Source of the DNA: an uncultured Candidatus Saccharibacteria bacterium
Lineage (GTDB): Bacteria > Patescibacteriota > Minisyncoccia > Phycocordibacterales > PALSA-1337
Length of the DNA: 60,640 nt
Direction: 5' to 3'
Assembly (NCBI GenBank): GCA_964543075.1
Contig: CAZIVT010000003.1
Coordinates: forward strand, 1 to 60,640
Positions within the stretch are counted from its first letter, which is position 1. Each line of letters starts with the position of its first letter. Under the pieces are notes generated by a model. The model did no database searches, was not told the DNA's origin, and saw nothing but the letters and a program-made list of their open reading frames with translations. A program made the position numbers and the translations under genes. Shown here piece by piece: positions 54,210 to 60,640 of this stretch.

Positions 54210-54647
54210 ATGAAAGTCATTCTTTTGAAAGATGTGGCTCGGGTAGGGAGGAAGCATGATATCAAGGACGTCAGTGACGGCTATGCCATCAACTCACTGA
54301 TTCCACAGAAAGCGGCGATCGCTGCGACGCCTGAGGCGATCAAGAAGGTAGAAACAGAGAAATCCAAAGCAGAAGGCGAACGTCAGGTGAGAGAAGATCT
54401 CATACTCAAGAACCTTGAGACGCTCGGAGGCGCTACGCTACCTATCGCTGGTAGAGCCAATGACAATGGACATCTCTTCGCCGGACTCCATCGAGAGGAG
54501 ATCGCGGCAGAGATCTCGCGTCAGATGCGCATACAGCTAGATCCTGGCTCAATTATGATTGATCATCCCATCAAGGAGACGGGAGAGCACATGATCGAGT
54601 TGAGAGGGGCAGGGAAGACCGTCACGATGAAGGTAGTCATCAGTTGA
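54210..54647 (+). CDS. rplI: 50S ribosomal protein L9
   Basis: MKVILLKDVARVGRKHDIKDVSDGYAIN. Confidence 0.95.
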   Translation: MKVILLKDVARVGRKHDIKDVSDGYAINSLIPQKAAIAATPEAIKKVETEKSKAEGERQVREDLILKNLETLGGATLPIAGRANDNGHLFAGLHREEIAAEISRQMRIQLDPGSIMIDHPIKETGEHMIELRGAGKTVTMKVVIS

Positions 54648-54678
54648 TGCTCATAGGGATGCACTACCTACACAAATA

Positions 54679-54711
54679 CAGATCGCTCCGCATCTAATGT
54701 GGAGCGATCTG
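54679..54711. terminator. Long hairpin between convergent rplI and rpmA
   Basis: CAGATCGCTCC...GGAGCGATCTG stem. Confidence 0.7.
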
Positions 54712-54734
54712 CTCGTCTCGGCAGCTCAATGCCG

Positions 54735-55007
54735 CTACTTTATGTGGACGATATTCTTCCTCACGATGTCGTCGTTGAAGGAGGTCTTGCGCTTGGTGCC
54801 AAAATGGACGACGCCTTCCTTGAGAGCGAATAGGGTATGATCTTTGCCTACGCCGACATTGGATCCGGGTAGATAGGAGGTGCCACGCTGGCGCAGGATG
54901 ATCTGGCCTATGGCTATCTTTTGGCCGTGATTGATCTTGACCCCCAGGTATTTGGGATTGGAATCGCGTCCATTTTTGGTCTGTCCGGCTGCTTTCTTAT
55001 GTGCCAT
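54735..55007 (-). CDS. rpmA: 50S ribosomal protein L27
   Basis: [22 protein letters not shown]...RQRGT. Confidence 0.97.
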   Translation of the reverse strand: MAHKKAAGQTKNGRDSNPKYLGVKINHGQKIAIGQIILRQRGTSYLPGSNVGVGKDHTLFALKEGVVHFGTKRKTSFNDDIVRKNIVHIK

Positions 55008-55242
55008 ATTATTTGATATTTAAAGAAGAAAGGATGGGAAATATGGGCTCCGTATCTCTCCCCGGCCTTGCTTCAGATTTGTGCATTGCATGTTAACACA
55101 TGATGCTGAATTAAGCAACACGACCCCTCGACTGAGCCGGATTTCCAGGGATTGATACCAAAACTCCAAAATATGGCTTAAAATAAGGCCATTTTAGGTA
55201 TCAGATATGGCTCTGTTGAGCCGTATTATAGTAGGATGGGTA

Positions 55243-55271
55243 TTGACTTCCAAGCCCATAGGTGCTATACT
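55243..55271 (+). promoter_or_regulatory. Sigma70 promoter
   Basis: TTGACT-N17-TATACT with TG extension. Confidence 0.78.
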
Positions 55272-55329
55272 TGATTCATAAATGAGCCATGTATCGTCTT
55301 GATACAGAAGCTCGTTTTTTAATTGTCAT

Positions 55330-55785
55330 ATGCTTGAAATCACCACTGGTGTGGCCTTTCTTATGTCCTCGCTCTATGGAGCGAGACAGGGAGCGAGCCA
55401 CATCGCTACGATAGCGGGAACCATCAAGAATGAGATCGTCGTCGAAGAACGTTCATTCACAGACACAGAGGTTATGCAGGAGTATCTCCGCCAGGAGTTC
55501 TTCGAAGCGCCGATTCTTATCGAGGTCGCTCGTTGCGAATCAGAATTCCGTCAGTTCGATAAAGACGGTAACGTGATCCGTGGCCGCGCGGTCCCTGACG
55601 ATATCGGCGTGATGCAGATCAATGAATACTTCCACGGAGAAACTGCCGAGAAGATGGGTCTGGATATCCATACCGTAGAGGGTAATGTGGCATATGCCAA
55701 GTATCTCTATGACAAGTATGGGCTCAAGCCCTGGTCGGCTTCCAAGCCGTGTTGGTCCAAGTCTGCTGACCTGGCCAAGATCTAA
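55330..55785 (+). CDS. Lysozyme-like/lytic transglycosylase domain protein
   Basis: VARCES (catalytic Glu), DIGVMQIN, PWSAS. Confidence 0.8.
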   Translation: MLEITTGVAFLMSSLYGARQGASHIATIAGTIKNEIVVEERSFTDTEVMQEYLRQEFFEAPILIEVARCESEFRQFDKDGNVIRGRAVPDDIGVMQINEYFHGETAEKMGLDIHTVEGNVAYAKYLYDKYGLKPWSASKPCWSKSADLAKI

Positions 55786-56015
55786 CGATAACCAAAAAGC
55801 CCCCTCGATGAGGAGGGCTTTTTGTGTGGGGGAAAATGAGGGATCAGGTCGTCTATTCACGAGTATGCCGAAAGAAATTTTTCTGTCATCTACCTATAGG
55901 GAAGAGGAGGGATATGATGGTGTGCCTAGTATGAGTTCACAGTGTTTCAAAAGAAATGCTATGTCGCACAATAGAAACTTGCAAGTCACGATGTCGCACA
56001 ACTGTGGATAACTTT

Positions 56016-56726
56016 TTAGGAGCGTTTCTTTTCAAAAGTGAAAATAGTACAAATATACTCGTCACTATTGATAATATCCTTCTTTTCCAGTGTTAGACCA
56101 TCTTGTTCCAAGAGATCTTTATAGTAATTTTCCTCCCGATCATAATCTATAACAGTGCCCATGTCGGGAATCTCGACGTAGTGCAGGTATTCCTTATATC
56201 TTTTACCATTAAGTTCGATAGTATTTTGCTCAATGAATAAGTCTTTCTTTGTGGCTAGTTTATTCCTCAAATATTCTTCGTTTGAAACTATGATAATCAG
56301 TTTTCCATTATCATTAAGCATACCGGATATTTTTTCTGCTATCGGTTTGAGATCAGATTCGATAAAATGAGGGAATACATAAATAGCTGTTACAAAATCG
56401 AACTTTGTATCGGTCTTAAAATTCTGAAAGGTATCAGTAAAAATCTTTACATTATTTTTGTTGATATCGCTTTTAAGAAAATGCTCATAGCTCTTTTTCG
56501 AAGGTTCACAGCCTTCAATGTAAACAGAGTCACCGTATTTGTCCTTGAGCATTCTTATAAAAAATCCTATACCAGATCCAATATCAAAAAGCTTAAAAGG
56601 AGGTTCCTTTTTCGAAAGAATGTTATCAATAACGAACTGATTTACGGCAACATTTAGATGCGTCTTATCCTGATTTGCCCAATTGATTTTGTCATACTGC
56701 TCAAAGAAAAAATCGCGGTTTTTCAT
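56016..56726 (-). CDS. Class I SAM-dependent methyltransferase (AT-rich)
   Basis: FDIGSGIG, GCEPS, FDFVTAIYVFPH. Confidence 0.85.
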   Translation of the reverse strand: MKNRDFFFEQYDKINWANQDKTHLNVAVNQFVIDNILSKKEPPFKLFDIGSGIGFFIRMLKDKYGDSVYIEGCEPSKKSYEHFLKSDINKNNVKIFTDTFQNFKTDTKFDFVTAIYVFPHFIESDLKPIAEKISGMLNDNGKLIIIVSNEEYLRNKLATKKDLFIEQNTIELNGKRYKEYLHYVEIPDMGTVIDYDREENYYKDLLEQDGLTLEKKDIINSDEYICTIFTFEKKRS

Positions 56727-56897
56727 TAATACACATAATAGCTGAAAATTAGCCAAAACGCTACTGGAATGGCCTAATAGAGCCGCTCTAGACAGACATT
56801 GACATCGGTGTTATAATGTGATAAGCTACATAGGGTAAGAACATTGAATTTTAAGGCTTTAAGCAGGTGCGCCTATGAGCACCAGTTGGATCAAATA

Positions 56898-57437
56898 ATG
56901 AATAATCCAGTCTATCGGTTCACGATCAACTTCAAGGTTAGCTTGAGGAAATTGTTGGACAAGATGTGTGATAAGGCCGAACATTACTGTAACCAGTGGT
57001 GGTCGAGTGTGTATGGTTCGGAAATCGAAATTCCGAACAAACACCCCAACCATACTGGAAAACAGGGAAATGTCGAACTGGAAGCCGAGCTGATCGGCCA
57101 CGGTGAAGGACTTTCTTCGAGTGAAGCACTGGCGCAGATGGAAGAGAGAAATCTGCGGCCGGCGACCACAAAGGAGATGGTTGCTTGTTGGACACAACAG
57201 TCTGGAGCCATCGTGAAGAAAACCGGCAAAAGACTGATCCTGGTTGCTCTCGACTCAGTTAAGACTGACGATCGTGGAGAATTTGTTGCGACCATATCGG
57301 AGCAAATATACGCAGACCGCAGGCAGTTTCGTCTGTGGATGACTGCTCTCCCAGAGTCGAAAACAAGCAAGCAGGTTGTCTATCTCGCCGTGAAAAATTG
57401 CAGTAAGTCTGCACGGTCGAGAAAAACCGTAGCGTAA
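56898..57437 (+). CDS. Hypothetical protein
   Basis: Coherent ORF behind tandem promoters (TAGACA-N17-TATAAT; TTGACA-N17-TAAGCT). Confidence 0.65.
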   Translation: MNNPVYRFTINFKVSLRKLLDKMCDKAEHYCNQWWSSVYGSEIEIPNKHPNHTGKQGNVELEAELIGHGEGLSSSEALAQMEERNLRPATTKEMVACWTQQSGAIVKKTGKRLILVALDSVKTDDRGEFVATISEQIYADRRQFRLWMTALPESKTSKQVVYLAVKNCSKSARSRKTVA

Positions 57438-57569
57438 GCTTGTAATTCTCATTGATTTCCCCCGAGGTTGAAATATTATCTCGGGACTCAAATGGATTTA
57501 CGATCTAATGATCGCGAATCCTGAGAGTTCAGTTCTTTGAATCAACCACCAATGCAGTATACTTAACCC

Positions 57570-58325
57570 ATGAACACACCTACTTCAGTTTCGGTAGAAG
57601 GGTTTACCCTTCAACTCTCTCGGAGAGTCCTCGAACCTGAAGAAGTGATTTCAGGGGAAGAGGCAAAAGCATACGCCAATCGGCGTGACAATAGGACGTT
57701 GAGCTCAAAACTCATCGCCACTGACATCGTGGAGAAGCTCTCGCTCACTCCTGCATCAAACGTTTTGGAAATCGCCTGTGGTCCCGGCCAGCTTGCTTAT
57801 GAGCTTTGGAAAGTCGTAGGTTGCTCGATAACGGCAACCGACGGTAGTCCCGAACTCATTGAGGCGGCTACCGAGCGCTACAGGGAAACTCCGATACGCT
57901 TTGCTACGGAAAATCTGCATAGCCATACTGGAAAAGGGGAATATGATGCACTTGTCTGCAAAGACTCGTTTCATCATTTCTTCAATTCAGAGAAGGCTGT
58001 TACAGAGATGCTCTCGCTCTTGAGGCCGGGCGGTAAAATCTACATCTTTGATTTGTGCAGAAATGCCCGAATCGAGGAAGTGGAGTATCGCTTATCTTCG
58101 ATACAGGCATCACACGAGCAGATGCGTTTCCTCAGGTCTCTGAATGCCGCACTTACGGTTCAGGAATTTGAAGAAGCCTGCGGCACAGCTAAGGTTTCCG
58201 TTTTCTACCCCCTTGATTTCTCGCAAGAGAATCTGAGGGCGCATGAAGCAGAGATTGAAGCTGATGTAGTGAAGGAGTTTAAGCTCTCCTCACTGTTCTC
58301 GGTTTACGTCATTGAAAAAATTTAA
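57570..58325 (+). CDS. Class I SAM-dependent methyltransferase
   Basis: VLEIACGPG, TDGSPELI, YDALVCKDSFHHF. Confidence 0.87.
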   Translation: MNTPTSVSVEGFTLQLSRRVLEPEEVISGEEAKAYANRRDNRTLSSKLIATDIVEKLSLTPASNVLEIACGPGQLAYELWKVVGCSITATDGSPELIEAATERYRETPIRFATENLHSHTGKGEYDALVCKDSFHHFFNSEKAVTEMLSLLRPGGKIYIFDLCRNARIEEVEYRLSSIQASHEQMRFLRSLNAALTVQEFEEACGTAKVSVFYPLDFSQENLRAHEAEIEADVVKEFKLSSLFSVYVIEKI

Positions 58326-58384
58326 CCCCCGCGATCTGAAATATGGTCGCGGGTTTCTGCTTTTGTGATATACTAACGATGTTT

Positions 58385-58422
58385 GTCATTAGAAAACGCC
58401 AACTCGTGTGGCGTTTTCCTTT
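58385..58422 (+). repeat. 38-nt hairpin repeat, copy A
   Basis: GTCATTAGAAAACGCC-N9-GGCGTTTTCCTTT; same arms at 59555-59592. Confidence 0.85.
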
Positions 58423-58461
58423 ATACACGTATTGCTTTTTCAAAATCTATTATATAATTGT

Positions 58462-58795
58462 GGAGTATTCTTATCCTTTCGGAATACGAGAGAGAAAATG
58501 AAAGGGGTCAGCGTTCGTACGCTTTTTGAAAGATTTGATGGCTAGCGTTTTGGGGAAGGCAACTTCCCTAAGACGAAAAACTTGGGGGACTCTGAAAGGA
58601 GAGACTTCCCAGAACGCTGACCATCAAACCTTTCTTAAGCCATACGAATATGGTTTATAGGAGTAACTTAGCTTTAGTCCGTGATTCCAGAAAAGTCTAT
58701 AGTGATCTGAACTTCTACCAACGGAGTCATCTCACCCCGTGACGACCTACACCTAAGTAGGTAAAGGCATTATACAGATGTAAACATAGACGAGT
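58462..58795 (+). ncRNA. Candidate unclassified structured RNA or long 5' leader
   Basis: Many stems with + strand GNRA loops, a 27-bp long-range helix, upstream TATAAT 58453-58458, no ORF of 60 aa or more. Confidence 0.55.
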
Positions 58796-58936
58796 ATGTC
58801 AAAAAGACAATCTCGGCTTGCCGGTCGCGATAAGCTTGGTCAATTCGAGAAGCTCTCGGAGGCCAAGAAGAAGAAAAGCTCGACAGTTGAGCACCTTCCT
58901 CTACCAGGTTATGGTGATGTGAAGAAGGATAAGTAA
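58796..58936 (+). CDS. Small basic 46-aa ORF (below the ORF track cutoff)
   Basis: MSKRQSRLAGRDKLGQFEKLSEAKKKKSSTVEHLPLPGYGDVKKDK*, followed by hairpins. Confidence 0.5.
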   Translation: MSKRQSRLAGRDKLGQFEKLSEAKKKKSSTVEHLPLPGYGDVKKDK

Positions 58937-59139
58937 CCTTCTAGGGGAAATGAAAACCGCCCCTGCAAAGCAAGAACGGTTTTCGATCATATGTAAGTAG
59001 TCAATCTTACAAGCGGGCATCCCGAAAGGGATGTTTTGCTTTCCATAATTATAACTTACAGAATCGATACCTTACCAAAATATTGTGGATAAAGCCAATG
59101 CTGCGATCCTGAATTGCAGCTATTTGCTATAATACGTAT

Positions 59140-59517
59140 ATGTCAAAATATTTTGAGGAGGATATTAAAAATCTTGGACTCAATGAAAAACAGAAAAAAC
59201 TCCTAGACAGGGTTGGAGGGTTAATGGGTGCCGGTACAAGCGAGCATCTTTCGACCGAATCACAAATAATATCTGAAATGAGTTTGGCTAACACTATTGA
59301 GGCATCGGCTCGTGTGCATGGTCAGGCTGTATTGGATGCTACTAGAAACCTATCACTAACGATCGAAAAGCAAGCGGATATCATGGTTAAATCAAATGAG
59401 AAGCTGGCTTCATCAAATGAAAAGTATTCTAGTGCGATGGTAAAGCTTACATAGGCGTTAGTATTTGTTGGTGTAGCTGGAATTGTTGTTCAAATCACAC
59501 AGATTTTTTCAAAGTAG
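59140..59517 (+). pseudogene. Coiled-coil protein with C-terminal TM helix interrupted by an in-frame TAG at 59452
   Basis: ...AMVKLT*ALVFVGVAGIVVQITQIFSK*; extended -10 6 nt before ATG. Confidence 0.6.
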
Positions 59518-59554
59518 GAGGTTGCTTCGATAGTCTAAGTTTTATATAATGAAA

Positions 59555-59592
59555 GTCATTAGAAAACGCCGGCCTGTACGGCGTTTTCCTTT
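59555..59592 (+). repeat. 38-nt hairpin repeat, copy B
   Basis: Arms identical to 58385-58422, different 9-nt loop. Confidence 0.85.
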
Positions 59593-59657
59593 GTCTAAAT
59601 AGAGTTATGCACAGTTATGCACAGGCACTTTACTTTTTGGTTAAAATTTGCTATCTT

Positions 59658-59820
59658 AAAAGTGACCTAAAAAGTCAATTTTCTAAAGCTTGGGGGCCTC
59701 GCAAGAGGTCCCCTTTGCTGTATATTTGTTATATTTTCACACTTGAAACGTCATCAATAATGACTATAAAAGGTCAATATTCTAGGGCTTAGGGGTCTTC
59801 GCAAGAGGATCCTTTTTGCT
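59658..59820 (+). ncRNA. Duplicated two-hairpin RNA motif convergent with and overlapping the NYN gene
   Basis: Two units; GCAA loops at 59701 and 59801; compensatory changes; promoter TTTACT-N17-TATCTT. Confidence 0.6.
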
Positions 59821-60573
59821 TTCCTCAGACAAGGGAGTCATTTCCTTTTTGTAACAGATAAACTCTTTGATCTTTTGTATGTCAAAAATAGTAAGCCCAA
59901 GTATTCTAAGCTCGCTAAGCTCTGTGGCAACTCGACGTGCAGTTGCGAACAGCATAACTTTCTTTTTGTCAGTTAAAAGTTGTCGGATAGGATCTTCAAA
60001 ATCGCTATCGCCACTCCAAAGAATAAAATTATCAATGCCATTTTTGTCATAGTCACGAAGCATATCTCTGCCGATCTCGACGTCGAAATTTGACTTCATG
60101 TCTTCGACATACAAAATGCCTTGCTGGTTCAATAGCTTGAGCTCATTGTTCAGAGCCTCGATGGTTTCGACTTTAAGTTTTGCAAGCAGAGGTTTGCGGA
60201 TGAAATCTTTGAGTAGATCAGGGGAATTGGCTGGAATACTGGAGGCATCGATCGAAAGACGAAGCATTTTGACAGGCTTTGTCTTCACGATATAGCCCAA
60301 TCGTTCTGCTTCCTTGATCATGAGCAATGACTGCTCACTTGTTTTTAGTGTGCCGTGATAGAACTTAATCTCGTTGATCGTGTCGAAAGATTTTAGGAGC
60401 TGTTTGAGACGCTTTAGGTCGATATGCCAGCCAAGTTTTTGAGACCAGGGGCGGACATTGGCGTAGTCAATGTAAATATTTGTCCACTTATCGAAGATGC
60501 TTTCAAGTTCCGCAATTTTCTCCGGATATTGAGCAGCTAATTCTTTTATTCTTTCTGAAACTGGCTTGAACAT
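59782..60573 (-). CDS. NYN domain (LabA/DUF88, PIN-like) ribonuclease
   Basis: IYIDYANV, KSNFDVEIGRDM, ILWSGDSDFEDP acidic catalytic motifs. Confidence 0.88.
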   Translation of the reverse strand: MFKPVSERIKELAAQYPEKIAELESIFDKWTNIYIDYANVRPWSQKLGWHIDLKRLKQLLKSFDTINEIKFYHGTLKTSEQSLLMIKEAERLGYIVKTKPVKMLRLSIDASSIPANSPDLLKDFIRKPLLAKLKVETIEALNNELKLLNQQGILYVEDMKSNFDVEIGRDMLRDYDKNGIDNFILWSGDSDFEDPIRQLLTDKKKVMLFATARRVATELSELRILGLTIFDIQKIKEFICYKKEMTPLSEESKKDPLAKTPKP

Positions 60574-60640
60574 TGCTTGAAATATATGAAAATTCCCCTT
60601 TGAAATGCAATTGCAGTAATATGCGATTGTATGAAAATAC

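Noticed and set aside
58598-58681. Group I intron core (GAGAGACTT / TTAGTCC resembling P7)
   Set aside because: Only ~5 bp of P7-like pairing, no convincing P4/P6 or J8/7, and no interrupted host gene.
58462-58795. Retron msr-msd, tmRNA, RNase P, SRP or 6S RNA
   Set aside because: No reverse transcriptase in the window; no tRNA-like ends, P4 motifs, SRP loop or 6S central bubble recognised.
59452-59454. Genome-wide stop codon reassignment (amber, or code 25)
   Set aside because: Conserved genes end at TAG (zwf, rpmA) and TGA (uvrA, murF, valS) at expected lengths.
55900-60640. Replication origin
   Set aside because: DnaA boxes are few and spread over 3.6 kb, and no dnaA/dnaN lies in the window.

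Overview
Core chromosome segment of a Patescibacteria (CPR), most likely Parcubacteria-type, bacterium using genetic code 11 (TGA ends uvrA, murF, valS and others). The taxon is inferred from gene content and protein style: reduced dcw cluster, short ValS and UvrC, CPR-type TruB-like protein, GWAWS surface protein, tRNAs without encoded CCA. Housekeeping content: uvrA, uvrC-like, ddl, 7 tRNAs, zwf, mraZ-rsmH-ftsL-like-PBP-murF, valS, cysteine desulfurase, rpsP, khpA, trmD, rpoB, rpoC, truB-like, typA, a type IV pilus/T2SS-like cluster, cysS, corA, S41 protease, rplI, rpmA. Most interesting signals: (1) an NYN/PIN-like RNase gene whose 3' end is overlapped on the opposite strand by a duplicated two-hairpin GNRA RNA motif (100-nt period, compensatory changes, own promoter), with a possible third diverged copy 700 nt upstream; (2) a ~330-nt highly structured, apparently bistable unclassified RNA ahead of a 46-aa basic ORF in the same AT-rich island; (3) a REP-like palindrome (ATCCCGCC-NN-GGCGGGA) with heptamer flanks in 10 copies, 7 of them in-frame inside zwf, valS, the cysteine desulfurase gene and trmD; (4) a sulfotransferase / S74 fibre / two GT9-like gene island splitting rpsP from khpA; (5) matching 11-bp direct-repeat promoter arrays on both sides of the pilus cluster; (6) pervasive leaderless gene architecture. 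All structures were read and folded by eye; no searches or folding programs were run.
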